NCBI GenBank assembly: GCA_951406725.2
Contig: OX597814.1
Location: 82,088,001-82,152,000 of the forward strand
Length of the DNA: 64,000 nucleotides
Source: Octopus vulgaris
Taxonomy: Eukaryota
Direction: 5' to 3'
The notes beneath the pieces were generated by a model, which did no database searches, was not told where the DNA came from, and worked only from the letters and a program-made list of their open reading frames with translations. How positions within the stretch are numbered: the stretch's first letter is position 1; every line of letters begins with the position of its first letter. Shown here in pieces: positions 25,901 to 41,720 of this stretch. The position numbers were made by a program, and so were the translations under genes.

Positions 25901-27049
25901 TCTTTTCTCTACGTTTGCTTGGCGTTGCTTTGAAATTATTTGTGGAACATCCGACATATTTGAATCAAAACAGTGATTTGTGTGCGCGCGCACGTGTGTG
26001 TGCGCAAGTGTGTGTCTGTGTGAGTGTGTAGTCATCGAATGACTATGGAGCTCCACCAGAATAAAATAATAACCAAAGGGGTCCACAGATAAAAAAAATG
26101 GTTGAAAACCCCTGATATAGACGGCAAAATGACTGTAAGGCATTTCGTCCTATGGTCTACCAATACTGCCAATCTGCCGCTAATTTTTTAGAGCATTATT
26201 AAATGGAAGAAAATGGGAAAGGACAAGTATATGATCGAAGAGTATTTGTAGATGGTCCGAGCAGCGAAGACAAAAGATAAAACTTCACTATGATGAAGAG
26301 AACAGGTGAAGTAACTACATCTTTTGTTACCGTCGATGTCTTGTAATGCGAAAGAAAGGAAGAAAAATAAGTTTTAATGCAAGCCCTTCCGAAACAATAA
26401 ACCTAACAAGCGACAGGTGTAATACAACCATATTACTATCGTTTTTTTTTTTGGCGGGAGAGGGGGTTGTTTTTATTCATTTTACGGGGAAAGGGAGAGT
26501 ATTGTTTTTTTAATTCTATTTTGTGTTCTTTTTCTCTTGTATTTTTTGTTCATTTTGTTTTTATGTGTGCGTGTTTCATCTTTAAGCTACACACAATTCA
26601 ATTGATGAAGTATTATCATTATCATCAAACACTACAAGAGACAGTGATATTGCCCCCGGGGATAAGAGCTGTATTCATTTGCTAGGAATCATCCCCCTCC
26701 TATTGTTGTAATTGTTCTTGTTATTGTTATTGTTTCTTAACCCCAGGTAAGCTCTGACTGAGCAGACCTACATTCAAAGGTATTCATTCCAGTCATGACC
26801 ATCTCGCCTTCCTCTCATACATTGCATTTTATTTCTTTAGTATCTCTCGGGCATTGAATATATTTTCAGATATAGTGCATACATCTAGGTGTACACTATT
26901 TAACGTATCGCTACCCTTTTAAAAATGCAAGAATGTGACTGGCGGGTGATTTAGCTGCTATATCTAGCTGATAGATTTATCTTGTTTTGACTCACGTCGG
27001 CTTATCGTTAGTTTGCAGTACGGATTTCATTTTGTTTCGCAATGATCTT

Positions 27050-27759
<710 letters not shown>

Positions 27760-27760
<1 letters not shown>

Positions 27761-28976
27761 GTAGCCTATTGAGTGTTTTTGATTCTGTCGACTACACAGC
27801 ATAGTAGGGTCAGTTGGGCACTGTCTGTGAGAAAACCGGAACCATGACACAACTCACTCTGCCAGAAATTTGGAAAAGATATGCTGTACTGCTTCGCATT
27901 CGCACCGAAAGCTCCATTACGAATATTTCAGAGTGTTTGGGTGTCAATCTGAGGACAGTGCAGAGGATTCGGAAAGAGTTGGATGAGTTTAATGGTGATT
28001 ACGAAGGTACGGCAGCTCGGAAAACTCACTCTGATCGAATGAATTTGTTGGTGTGAAGCAGGCCATGATTGACAATGATCTCTCGAAGCCAATCAGGTCA
28101 ATCGTCAGGGACATAAAAGTGTCTGAGTTTCTTAGGCAGGTAGTGCATGAACACATTCGGTATTCCTCTTAGAAGATGAGAAGGTGACAATTTTTATCCC
28201 AAGCCATCAAGGACACAAGAGGAAAGACCATACTACGAAGCTTTTGAACAAACTCAAGCATCCCCTACAACCGAACATGCTTTGGTTTTTCTCAGATGAG
28301 AAAAATTTCTGCCAGGATCATATTGTGAACACACAGAACAACCGTTGGCTTACCGAGAGTGATAAAAATCAAGCATCAGTCAACATAATGGTGTTTGGAG
28401 TGATCACTTGTGATGGCGACGTTATGCCTTCACTCATCATTCCACGCGGCTTCAGACTCAACACAGAGGCCTACTTAAAGTGCCTGGAGCAGGTAGTGCT
28501 GCTCTGGGTCAAGAGGGTGGCTGCTTGGAGACCCTACGTCTAGCAACAGGACTTTTCACCATGCCACACAAGCAGGAGAACTCAGTCCTGGCTGTCAGAC
28601 AACTTCTGCGACCACATCACCCCTAACATCTGGCCACCTAACTCCCCAGACTACAACCTTCTTGATTATTATGTGTGTGGCACAGTTGGGCGAGAGATCA
28701 ACAAAACTCTTTGTAACATCAAAGACGAACTGAAGGCAAGGATTATGGCAGCAGTTATCAACTTAAACAAGGAGACCATCCAGAAGAGTTGCTGGAGATT
28801 CCGAAGTCATTTGGAGGCTGTGATTGAAGCTAATGACGATTTTATTAAATAAATTTACTCTATAGTATTTCAAGATATTTTTATGTAATTTTGGTAAATA
28901 TATGTGTTAAAATGTGATGTAAATGTTACTTTTATTTTTACGTAATTTAGACGACAATTCTATTCACAGCTCACGG
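27760..28976 (+). mobile_element. maT (DD37D) Tc1/mariner-superfamily transposon, decayed
   Basis: FFSDEKNF, MVFGVI, QQD-x37-D (QQDFSPCH...WPPNSPDYNLLDY); ends CACGG|TA. Confidence 0.85.
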
Positions 28977-28990
28977 TATGTATTTGTGTA

Positions 28991-29076
<86 letters not shown>

Positions 29077-29089
29077 TGTGAGTGTGTGT

Positions 29090-29155
<66 letters not shown>

Positions 29156-30510
29156 GAGCTCCACACAGTTTCCGTCAACTAAATTAACCCAGAAGGCATT
29201 TGGTCGGCCTGGAACTATAGTAGAAAACACCACACAGTGGAACTGAACTCGAAACCACGTGGTTGCAAAGCGTGCTTCTTAACCAAGAAGTCATGCCTGT
29301 AATGACTCTCAATTTAAAATGAATAATGCCATTCGGTATCCTTGTGACAATACAGAATCTAGCTCTGTATTGCAAGACGATGTCGATGATTAGGATTGCA
29401 ATAATAGATCGACTTAACCCCAGGTTGAAGTTGAATCAAAACTGAAAGACTACACGAAGTGGTCTCGTAAGTCTGGCAGGGAAAGACGTTCGCCAGATCG
29501 GGGTCGGCGCTAGGAAGTGCGGGATCCAATTAGAGAATTGTAAGTGGGGTCTTCTACTCCACGAAAAGCTGAGGATTGATGCTTTATGCTCCGTGTAGCA
29601 CGCCAATCCCAGCCAAAATGCGTTGAGGGCTTGAGGCTCCATCATTAGATACAATGGTATACTAAAAGTTCATCATAGTTTTTTCGCTCGAGCGTGTGCA
29701 CGGGATCCTCTCTTGGCGCGGGGCCCAGTTTGAATAAATCTAATTGGCTTAAAACCAGCCCTGCTCCAGATCGCTTTGGTGATTGCTTTCTTGGAAGAAA
29801 TATGAAAATTATCACTAGTTAAATCTGCTATATGGCGAACCATTTCTTTGATATTTTCTTTTTAAAATTGTGTAGCGGAACTGTGTACCAGAAGTCAGTT
29901 ACCGAACTTTAGGTGTGTTGTTGCACACTCGTTCTGCTTCAGTATCTCACTTGCTGGAAAACGTATTGGGAAACAACTGCTGGATAAGGCCTTAAATCTA
30001 CAGTCAAACACAATACAAACAAACACAAAATCTTGCCCTTCTTTTTTGTTGTACCCTCTCTCAAGATAAAACCTTATAGCTGATTGTTAGTTGCAATACA
30101 CTTTGTACCCTTAGTATTCTCCGAAAGGAGTCTCATGTAGATATTCACTAAAGCGACAGCCACTTTCGACTCCTACTGACATCCTACAACTACCGCCATT
30201 GTTTTCATCGTCGGGAGTGTTGTTGTTTCTGTTATTGTTGTTGTTGTTGCTTGTTATTGTCATTGCTGCGTCTGCCGCTGCACATGCAGGTGCTTGTTGA
30301 TGCTATGTTCTCTCATCTGCTCTTTTTCGTACTCTTAATGTTTTGCTGTTGCCCTTGTTACTATGGGTATTTCTTTGTGACTGTTACCAGCAGCCCTCAT
30401 TGTGCACTCATGATCAAAAACATTCCAGCTGCAGACATCCCGTTTCTTTTTTACCAAGCAACGTGTGTCTTTTATCTTTTGCTTATTTATTTATTTATTT
30501 ATTTATCTAT

Positions 30511-30609
<99 letters not shown>

Positions 30610-30799
30610 TGTATTTGTATTTGTTTCAGCCATGTGTAGTGTAATAAAGATAAAAAATAAAGCAAAAAACAGAAAGCACGAAAAATTTATTAACGAAGCT
30701 TACTTAATTATGCTTGACAGAAACGTGAACAAACCAGGACTGGTTGTCAAGCGGCGTTTGGGGTGGGACAAATATAAACACAAAAACACACATATATAC

Positions 30800-31086
30800 A
30801 TACATAATCTCCAGCTTCTATATCCAGATTACAAATTTACGTTTGTAGGTAAAAGCCTAACTGTCAGTCTGGATAAGCTTGGATTTTCTGAAAAGGAAAT
30901 CAACCGATTCGCACATTACAAATACAGTCTGTAAGCGGAACATTAAAACTATGCAAAATTTTTCTCAGGTTTAAAATCTGACATTGTTTTCGTTATCTAC
31001 ATTCCAATGGTAGAGCTTTGTATCTTTCTAAGAAACCAGCTCCTCCTTCAAAGGAAGAAATTAAATGATTAAAGCCAGAATAGAAA
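30800..31086 (+). mobile_element. 3' fragment of the RLE-type LINE followed by (CATA)n
   Basis: NLQLLYPDYKFTFV..LDKLGFSEKE../LQIQSVSGTLKLCK, then a 3' UTR and a CATA tract. Confidence 0.7.
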
Positions 31087-31932
31087 CATACATACATACA
31101 TTACATACATATAAACATACATACATACATATAAACATGCATGCATACATACATACATACATACATACATACATACATACATACATACATACATACATAC
31201 ATACATACATACATACATACATACGTACATATAACATACATACATACATATAAACATGCATACATACATACATACATACATACATACATTACATACATAC
31301 ATATAAACATGCATACATACATACATACATACATACATACATACATACATACATACATACATACATACATACATGCACGACAGTTTCCGTTTATCTCTTC
31401 CAAAGTATTGGTCAGCCAGAGGCTATTGTAGGCATTTGCCCAAGGTATTGTGCAGTGAAAGCGAGCTTCTTAACCACACAATCACGGTGTCCTAAATTTA
31501 AAGGTTTTCGAACCATGACACCTGCTTTTATCTTTTTTTAGTTTATTCAGAACCATATTAACAATTTGTCCTCTCGCTTTTAAGTTGGCTCGTTATGCTT
31601 TGAAGGGGACGTGACTGATTTTTCTAGCGGGTCGTGTGACCACATAGATACGTAGTATATGTTGTCTCATTATACGAACGTGGTTGCGGCTCGTGCCCGT
31701 TACCAAAATTTTGTTGCAAATGTACCCCCTACTACTGCTGCTGTTTTTCTTTTTTATCGTTAAATCAACATTCGCTGAGCAGATCTATGCTTTTTGCTGT
31801 TGTTATTTTTTAGATAACGCGTATTACGAGCAATATTAACCAAAGTGTCCTTTAAAAAAAAAACGTAACGTGCAATTTGAGGGAGATTTAGCAACTATTT
31901 ATAAAAAAAAAATGTCAAGCATCTATGTAGAT

Positions 31933-32104
31933 CAGTGTTTCTCAAGCCTTTTTGGCCTATGGACCCCTCTGAGTCCTATTTTTCTCTATTGTTAAAATAT
32001 TTTGTGTATTGTAGAAATATGACCAATTTATTGCGCATCAGTTTTCACAATAAAATCTTACATGGACCTCCAAAGGTTATATGGACCCTAGGTGAGAACA
32101 ACTG
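31933..32104. mobile_element. hAT (Charlie-like) MITE with 8-bp TSD
   Basis: CAGTGTTTCTCA...TGAGAACAACTG; TSD ATGTAGAT (31925-31932) and ACGTAGAT (32105-32112). Confidence 0.8.
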
Positions 32105-32289
32105 ACGTAGATGCTCCTTCATTGGCGAGTAGTTGTGGCTTACATTACTATTGTCGTTGTTGTTGTTCTTGTTATTATTTACCCCATTTAGCCCCTAATC
32201 AAAGATGCCGCTAAGGTCAAAGGTGATGAAGCTCTGGCCATCAATGTGTCCTTCCACGTATAAGACGGTACACCACGAACCCCAGTCCT

Positions 32290-32995
32290 TGTTGTAGTGT
32301 TGTAGTTTATGTGTCTCAATGATCATGAGAGCTATGCCAACGGAGCAAATTCATTTGTAGGGCCTCCTATGCTGTACAGATCAAAGAAAAGAGACCAGAC
32401 TAATATGGACACAGTAATAAAAATGGGTTTGTGTAGGATCAGCACCCTCACCTACAAAGAAGCAAAGTTGCTCAAGCATCTATGGCAATACAAAACCAAC
32501 ACCAGATAAAGTAGTGGTTCATAACCATTCCTTTGTCTGTGAACCCTTTGATTCCTATTTTACTTTCCTGGACCCTCATGACCATTCGAAGTTTTAAAAT
32601 TACCCTTTTGTATTTTTATAATGAAATAGTATTAGGAATTGTATTTTTTTAAAATTAACATATTTTCTGTATTGTAGAAGTATTACTGATTTACTGCACT
32701 TAATTTTTAACAACAAAATTCTATATAGACTCCTGAGACCATTTGGACCCTGATCGAGAACCATTGTATTAGAGGAAGGCGCTTTCTTAGAGACATGTCA
32801 CATAGTAAACTGAAACTTCCAAAGAAGACGAAGGAGAGGTCAACCTGAAAAAAATGGAGTTGGGATACTGACGATGAGTTGAAATAGCCCGGATCCAACT
32901 GGAGAGAAACGGAAAAGACAGCCTAGAGCTAAGAACAGTGAAGAGAAGTGAGCAATGGCTCATGCTCCACAAGGAGCAAATGGCTTAAGTAACTT
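32290..32995 (+). mobile_element. Internally deleted RTE LINE (5' UTR and 3' end) split by a hAT MITE
   Basis: RTE-type 5' UTR GAGCTATGCC...GTAGGGCCTCC..CAGATCAAAG; 3' end RRRRGQP...ATGCTCCACAAGGAGCAAATGGCTTAAGTAA. Confidence 0.55.
32512..32766. mobile_element. hAT MITE related to 31933-32104
   Basis: TAGTGGTTCATAACC...GGACCC...GAGAACCATTG termini. Confidence 0.65.
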
Positions 32996-33189
32996 ATTAG
33001 ATGGTAGGGTTAGATTTCAGGGACATTTTGACTGTTATTTCTACCAGGTTGAGCGACTATATTGTAGCTATTGTTGTACTTGTTGTTCTTATTGTTGTGG
33101 CTATAATCACAGTCACTGCTATGTTTGTTAATTTATAAATTTAAAAACAAATTTCTTTATCTGAGACTGCTTCTCAATATAGTCATTTG

Positions 33190-33375
33190 TTCAAAATGCT
33201 TAGTAGTACTTCGCCCGTCTTTACATTCTGAGTTCAAATCCCGCCGGGGTCGACTTTGCCTATCATCTTTTCGGGGTCGATAAAATAAGAACCGATTGAA
33301 TATTGAGATCGATTTAATCGACTTAGCCTCTCCTCACCAAAACTGCTAGCCTTGGGCCAAAATTTGAAACCAATA
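33190..33375 (+). mobile_element. SINE family B (partial)
   Basis: CTGAGTTCAAATCCCGCCGGGGTCGACTTTGCC...GGGGTCGATAAAATAAG. Confidence 0.75.
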
Positions 33376-33729
33376 TAGTCATTTGTTAATGCTAGTCATG
33401 TTATTGTTGTTTTCAAGTTCTTACTCTCCCTATCCCCCACTTTCTTTATTCTTCTTCCACCTCTTCCCGTCACCCTCCCTTATTCTTCATGTTAATCTTT
33501 TTTGCATTTTCATCTCTTCTCCCACTTCTTCTCCCACTCTTCCCTTTCTCCTTCAACATCTTGTTTTCCTTTCCCCTCCTCTCCTTTCTTTCTTTTTCTC
33601 TTCCTCTTTCTCCTCCTCCTGCTTCTACCTTCACCTGCTACATTTTCTTTTTTTTCTTTTTTCCTTTATTTGTTTGTTACTCCAAGCTTACTTGGTTACT
33701 GCTTCTTCTGCTGTGGTTTAAACTCTGTT

Positions 33730-33936
33730 ATTGCTGCTGCTGCTGCTGTCGTCACCACCACCACCAACAACAACAATAACACTAACACCACCATCATTTT
33801 CATTACCTCAACCATCATCACCACCACCACCACTACCATCACTAACACACACAATCACTACTACCACCAATATCATCACCATTCCGACCATCACCTCCAC
33901 CATCATCACTACTCCACCACTACCACCACCGTCACC

Positions 33937-33997
<61 letters not shown>

Positions 33998-34010
33998 CTA
34001 CCATCATCAT
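33730..34010. repeat. (CAC/CAT/CAA)n low-complexity tract
   Basis: Directly visible trinucleotide repeats. Confidence 0.9.
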
Positions 34011-34103
34011 CACCTGCGAATGACCTGTAATAAATATTAGAAGTGTATCTTGTTTTTATCATTTTTATAAAGAATTATTTCATACTTAAAAAGTTTATTA
34101 TTT

Positions 34104-34167
<64 letters not shown>

Positions 34168-35559
34168 CTATCTATCTATTTATTTTCATCATTCATATCG
34201 CAAGTTCAAGTTTTGTCTGTTCTTCAACCCACCTCTTTTTACTCTATTCCTATTGGCTAGATAGCTTTCACTCCGCCTACAGACACCCCCAACCCTGCCA
34301 AATCCAGTCTTTCAATATTGCTTTATATTTTCATTTTTCAATTACATCTGCTATTTTCTTGCTATTGCCTCTCTTTACCGCTTAATTTTCAACAAATCCT
34401 GAAAGACGCAGCTTCCACATGGTCGCTCGATCTGTCAGAAGCAGTAGCCAGATCACGCTTTTAAACCACACCACACCCTAACTTCTTTAAAAAAAATGGC
34501 TGGGCACAGTGAAAATAGTTGCGTAATGTAGTATAAATTACACTATTCCTAAAAAATAAGATGCAATGGTCACAGCTGGAAAACCTTTGATCATTAGCAT
34601 GCCCAATCAAGAAATAAATGGGGCTGGATGACAACTACTTACTACAGCAACCGCTTCTTTTTGGAAAATGCTGTTACCGAGACTTCTGCTACTTCTGCTG
34701 CTTCTGCTGTGGCTGCTTCTACTGCTGCTTCTACTGCTGCTGCTGCTGCTGCATCTGCATCAGCTGCTGCTGTTGTGAATCCTACCATTCACAACAAATA
34801 AAACATTCCGTGTTCATTCCTAAACACACGAATACATTGTAGCTTTTATCGTGTAATTTACACAGCAATACTTTTGCTGTTGTAGAATCTATTGTAGAAT
34901 CTGTAGGGGACAGCAAAGAAGCAGTGATAAAATAAACTATAGGTTAGCGATGTAGAATAATCAGCGGATTAGAAAAGGCGATAAAAAAAACGATACTTGA
35001 CGTACTGCTGAATGAAAAGGTGCAAAATAGCGCTCGAACATGCAAAACACAAGCATTGCCTTAACAGAGCTGAGGTGCGTGCTCTTAGACAGGAGGATGC
35101 GAAATCTGGGCAATAGGCCAGGAGGTTAATGTGTAACGTGACTATAAAGCCACAGGTAAGTCTTTGATGGACTATGATGGTTGCATATTTGATTCTAGGC
35201 AGATGTGGGTAGTTTTTCAACGGCATTTTATCAAACTACTTGGGTTAGTGGTATGGAGTGAAGATCATGAGTTTTAGTGCCCACCTTGGAGTGGTTTTCA
35301 ACTTGGGGTGGTTTTCGGCTTGGGGTGGTTTTCGACAGAAAATGTAGAGTATTGCGAAAAACTGGTAGTGGCAGCTGAAAAACATTTGGCAGTAAAAGAG
35401 CGCGCAAGGAGCAATCATCTGCGCTGAGTAGTCTGTTCTACTCGGTTTATGAATACATACTAGACTTCTTCGTCCTCACAGTAAACAGATATCGCAACTG
35501 ACAGCATATTGAGAACATTCCAAGTTGTGTTTCGTTGGGAGAAGTTGTGCTGCTGAGCC

Positions 35560-36300
35560 AGTACACGATCAAGGGCGTCCGTATCAACATTATCTGACTT
35601 TAACAGCTGAATATAATGTTTAAGATTTTGGCTAAGGTGCTCGCGAGAATATTGGCGGTTGCCATTGGTAATGAGGTCGAAAACGAGCAGAACTGTGATT
35701 CCTGGCAAATCTATACATCACAACCTCCACCTCAGGTAATACATTGCAGGGAGGGTGGGTAATAATAATCTGGCTTTGGTGGTGGGGTTTTGATCAATGT
35801 GAATCACTCCAAAGCTTTCGATAAGGTCAGACATCGGTCCTCGGCGGTTGACTTTAGTATTGCTAGTTTAGCTCCTGTTTTCAGGTCCTGGAACACTTCA
35901 ATGTGCAGCAGCATCTGCTTGCCGACCAGACTAAACAGATACCAATCAGAACTGTTTTGAATACACGTTCAGTCCCTCAATACCATTCTGTCTCATCATA
36001 CATGCATGTTTTGTCCCTTAAGTTGTTGCTACCGATGTGAGAGTTAGTGGGTTTGAAATTGAACCGTTGCAACAGAAACTAAACTTAGAGGAGGCATACC
36101 ATTCAAACAGGAATATGGAGAAGCCGTGTCGACCTACGTAAATGACATCACCATGAGGGTATTACACATCATGGATACTGAGGTGACCTGTACCACGCTG
36201 AAAGAATACGAAATGATAATATAAGCATGCATTTACCAGAGCAAGCAACTTGGCACCTGGGAAGACAAGTCTACATAGGTATCTGTTGAGGCTGCGACAT
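35560..36300 (+). mobile_element. Highly decayed Tx1-like RT fragment (related to 1-3060)
   Basis: KILAKVLA, NLHL, INVNHSKAFDKV, TYVNDIT. Confidence 0.65.
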
Positions 36301-37091
36301 GAACAGGGGTAGTCACCGCTTGTCATACAATGAATAGGGGTGGTCACCATTTGTCACACATGTATTACTACATCTCTTCTGTTTGAGAATCTGCAGTCTA
36401 GACCAAGAAGCGGGTATCTGGAACGTTAACACATTCAAAGCTTCTACAGATCGGGCAGTGCAGTTCGTTTACTCATGCGCAGTTAAAGCGGCCGGACTAC
36501 TAAGAATCACATTTGTCTGTGCCGCACTATATATACATACATGCATGCATGCATTTATACATACATACATACATACATACATACATACATACATACATAC
36601 ATGCATATGTGCATTTATACATACATATATACATACACACACATAGAAGCATGCATGCATACCTGCATACAATAATGTATACATACATACATACATACAT
36701 ACATACATACATACATACATACATACATGTATACATACATACATACATTTTCACATACATACATATATACATATATATACGCACGCGCGTGCATACATAT
36801 ATGTTATCTTTTATCTTTTGCAGGTTTCAGTCATCAGACTGAGCCAATCCTGGGGCGCCGCCTTAAAGAATTTTAGTCGAACAACTCTATCAAAGCACTT
36901 TTTTAAAAGCTTGCTACTTATTCTATCGGTATCTTTTGCCGAAGCGCTAAACTACAGGGACGTAAACGCACCAATACCAGTTGTCAAGCAGTGGTGAGGG
37001 ACAAACGCAGACACACATACTTACACACAGACGCACGCACGCACGCACACACACACATATGCATATATATACATACATATATGTATAAATA

Positions 37092-37147
<56 letters not shown>

Positions 37148-37184
37148 CGTGTATAAGAAAGAAAAGAGATGTAAGAGTCAGAAA

Positions 37185-37790
37185 GTTTGTGTAATAAAAT
37201 TTATGGTGATATTAGGATCATATTACATCATTACATCATTACAAATTAAATAAGTACCGGTGTCACGATCAAACGATTGTCAACTTATACAGAGAAAACT
37301 TTTTTGCTGTCAGTAGGATGCCATCTTTGCAGAAAAAATGAAGAGATGAAGCAATATGTCAAGGGGAGCAACTCTTATTTTTTCATGAAGCTCTTCAGTA
37401 TTTTTGGCAGGCATACAGTTATAGGAGTCATTGTCGTTTGACGAGAATTTTCGTGCAAAAGTTGGTTTAATCGCTCTTCATCGAACTCAACTGGTCGGCC
37501 AGAACGAGGTACATCTTTAAGGTCAAAATTTCCATGTTTGAACTTGGCATATCAATCACGAGCGGTTCTTTCAGCTATGGCACCCTCTCTATAAACAGCA
37601 CAAATATCGCGATCAGCTTTTGCGGCATTAGAACCTTGATTAAAAGCAAAAAGAAGGAGGTGTCGACGCCCGTTTTTCTTAACTTGACATTCCATTTTAA
37701 TGATCAGAAAATAAACAAAAATTAACTAAAATTAATTAGAAAGAAAAAATCAAAATAGATTCCAAAATGATTCAAAAATAGAATTCTCGA
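37185..37790 (-). mobile_element. Internally deleted mariner
   Basis: Minus strand GNFDLKDVPRSGRPVEFDEE HTH-linker motif. Confidence 0.65.
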
Positions 37791-38437
37791 AAAAAAAAGA
37801 AAAAAAATTCCAAAATTTAAATTGGTTGGCTTGAGGCAATAGTAGGATACACTTGCCCAAGATTCCACACAGTGAGACTGAACCTGAAGTCATGTGTTTG
37901 GAAACAAGCTTATCACACCGCGAAGGCTGTGGTTATATATATGTAGGTATGTGCATGTGAGAGTATAACCGATTGATGAAACAGATGTTTTTGGTATTAG
38001 ACTTTATTCCGTTCGGCGATCGTTTCGATATCCTGCGGCTGTTCTTTATGTTTGGGATGATGTGCATCGTATTGTAGTGCATTAATTTTGTAGTCTAGAT
38101 CACATAAGGTACATGCATACATAAAGAGGTGTCCCACTAAAAATATCGAGTTTAGCAGTCATGTTGGTGCAACACAATATGATGCACATCACTCCACACA
38201 TGAAGGACAGTCGCAGGATGGGTCGAAACGATCGTCGTACGGAATACAGACTAATACCAAATCCATCTGTTTCATTAATCGATTATTATCCCAACTAACA
38301 CTGTGGAATTCCTGAAGTAGATCCAACGGAAATGTACCACAACTGCGGATGACACCAGGTAGCTCAAACCGTACAAGTGCTTTACTTAACACATCAACAC
38401 ACTAATTGACGAATACTAATTGGTCCCAAAAATGACA

Positions 38438-38483
<46 letters not shown>

Positions 38484-39366
38484 TGTGTGTAATCATTAAG
38501 TACACTGGTTTCAGCCGGAGGCTGAGGTCATGTTGGCGCACCGCCTTTCAGTGTATTTGAATTTCTTTTCCTGCACTGTTTCTGAAGTATTTATGTATGT
38601 TTGTATGTATGTACACACGTACACGTGCATACAAAAATACATACATTCATGCATACATACGTACATTCATACGTACATACATACATACATACATACATAC
38701 ATACATACATACATACATACATACATACATACATGCATGCATGCATGCATACGTACGTACATACATATTTCGAAACACTGAGAACTCTCTAAACCGAAGT
38801 CTTGTCGCTTTGTTAGCGACCGGGTTGAACTCTTTCAAGAACTCAACGAAAAATCACACACACACACACACACACACACAAACAAACAAACACGCACACA
38901 TACATACATAATACATACATACATACATACAGACAGACAGACAGAAACGTATTATCACCTGTCGAAGGAGTTACAACCACTCTAATACGACCGTGGTGGA
39001 ACGGCTGGTGGTGGATTCGTGACGGTTGTTGTTTTGTGGGTCCAGTATTTAATAGGGGAGAAAGGGGGTCCTAGTAATGATGATTGTTTAGGGGTCGGCT
39101 GATCCGAATCGTTATTGTTGTTGCTGTTATTAGTTGTGATGGTGATGCCGGCAGTTAGTTGTTACTGGTGGCTTTGTTGTTGTTGCTGTTATTGTTTCTC
39201 AGGCCCAGGTTAACCCCATGATTGAACAGACCTATGGTTGTGTTCCACCCGTGACCATCTCTTTATTTGTAAATCAGCGACTCTATTAGCTAACAGTGTG
39301 ACGCTGCATTTGAGTTTTGTGTGTGCATGTCTGCGTGCATCTATGCGTATACACACACACATATAC

Positions 39367-39397
<31 letters not shown>

Positions 39398-39555
39398 CCA
39401 TGGGCTTCTTTTAGTTTCTGTCGGCCCGAGGCTATAGAAGAAGACACTTGCCCAAAGTGCCACGCAAGCTACTTACCACATAGCGACGCCTTTGTATATA
39501 CAAAGAGAGAGAGAGAGAGAGAAATATATATATATATATATATTTATGTCCCTCT

Positions 39556-39636
<81 letters not shown>

Positions 39637-39718
39637 ACATATGTATATACATATGTACATATGTATATATACATATATATATATACTTTATTTTAAGCAG
39701 CAGAAAATTCAACAAAAT

Positions 39719-39756
39719 CTGTTACTCTGAGTTTCTCGTTGCCGTTCATCAGACAG
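39719..39756 (-). ncRNA. Minimal type-I hammerhead ribozyme (core intact, one stem II mismatch)
   Basis: CTGT-CTGATGA-ACG-GCAA-CGA-GAAA-CTCAGAG-TA-ACAG; within (TA)n-rich flanks. Confidence 0.7.
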
Positions 39757-39825
39757 TTTTTGTGAAATGCTTATATATATATATACATATATGTATATAT
39801 ATATATGTATACATATATATGTATG

Positions 39826-39857
<32 letters not shown>

Positions 39858-39937
39858 AATATATATATATGCATGTAAATACATATATATATATATATAT
39901 ATACATACATACATACATACATACATACATACATGTA

Positions 39938-39969
<32 letters not shown>

Positions 39970-40243
39970 GCTTATATATACATACATATATATATATGCT
40001 CCTATTTTGTTATTGATGGGTGTAGTGTTTCATATTATTGCCGTTATTATTGTCGTTGTTGTTGTTGTTGTTGTTGTTGTTAATAGTTGTGTGAGGAGTG
40101 TTTTTGTGATGGCTCTTGATGAAGATGAAAGGGGTGAGGAGTGGAGGCAGTGGGCAAGGCTGAATGAAATACAATAAACGGAGAAAAGGCGCGAAGGAAA
40201 GTACAATACAGAAAGAAAAGAGATGCAGCGTGTAAACCCTTAA

Positions 40244-40413
<170 letters not shown>

Positions 40414-40544
40414 GGAGCATATTAAATAGCCTTATGATTAGCTTATGAACAAGGAAAGGGGAGATGAAAGAGGGAGATTAGGTGCGTAGGTTCGAGGATG
40501 AAGGAAGGGAAGCGAAAAATAAGACAATGGAAAACAGAAAGAAC

Positions 40545-40602
<58 letters not shown>

Positions 40603-40619
40603 TGTTTTTTGTTGTTGTT

Positions 40620-41200
40620 GAGTGAGAGAGCAGCACACGCCATCAAAATGACGCTGGGATACAAATATACGAAGCTGAATATACCCATCATGACTACACC
40701 AGGCACATGCATCACAACCATATGTGCGCGACATGGTGACCTCATATCAAGAAAAACAGCGCATGACCTTGCAGGTGGGGCTCAGAATTTTCTTCAGGTC
40801 GAGTAGGCCATCCGCTTAAAAGGTCCCTGAATAAAAGGTGGTTTAAGGATGATGAATGAAACAATCATGTTTCCAAGGGTGAATTATTCAAACCCCAGAG
40901 AATCACTCTCAACACATGGCTATGATGCTCCCGCACTATTCCTGCTCGTTATCAGAGATGCACATATCACCAGCCACTAAGGGATATGCTCAACTGGTTA
41001 AGGTCAAGCAACTGACAAGCAAATCTGTGGTATTAAGCAGAATATTTGCAGTAGCCTATATTTTATACTTTGACAAAACATGTACATGTTAGCACTATCA
41101 ATCAACTCAGATCAGAAGCCATAAGAGCCACTACCTGATATTGCATATTATCATTATCATTATCAGAAGCCATAAGGGCCACTACCTGATATTGCATATT
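40620..41200 (-). mobile_element. (TAA)n-flanked non-coding retroelement
   Basis: Shares its 3' end with 5030-5170; ~40-bp terminal duplication ATCAGAAGCCATAAG..CTACCTGATATTGCATAT. Confidence 0.6.
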
Positions 41201-41212
41201 ATTATTATTATT

Positions 41213-41654
41213 AAGGCGGCGAGCTGACGGAATTGTTAGCACGCGGGACGAAATGTTTTGCGGTATTTCGTCCGTCGCTACGTTCTGAGTTCAAATTCCA
41301 CCGAGGTCGACTTTGCCTTTTATCTTTTCGGGGTCGATAAAATAAGTACCAGTCGAACACTGGGGTCGATGTAAGTGACTCATCCCCATCTTCCCCAAGC
41401 TGCTCTCGTAGCAAAAGTTTGAAATAGTAATTATCATTATTAAGACGGCGAGCTGGCAGAATCGTTAGCACTCCGGGTGAAATGCTTAACGGTATTTCGC
41501 CCATCCCTACGTTCCGAGTTCAAATTTCGCCGAAGTTGACTTTACCTTTCATCCTTTCGGGTCAATAAATCAGGTACCAGTTGAGTACTGAGGTCGATGT
41601 AATCGACTATCCCCCTCCCCTCAAATTCCAGGCCTTATGCCTATAGTAGAAACG

Positions 41655-41655
<1 letters not shown>
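41213..41655 (+). mobile_element. Two tandem SINE family B copies (41213-41425, 41442-41655) with an (ATT)n tail
   Basis: Repeated AAG(G/A)CGGCGAGCTG..GAGTTCAAATT..GCCTTT..GGGTC..AGTACCAGT. Confidence 0.85.

Positions 41656-41720
<65 letters not shown>

Noticed and set aside
29430-29650. Possible HDV-like ribozyme or LINE 5' UTR
   Set aside because: GC-rich, but the nested double pseudoknot could not be assigned by eye.
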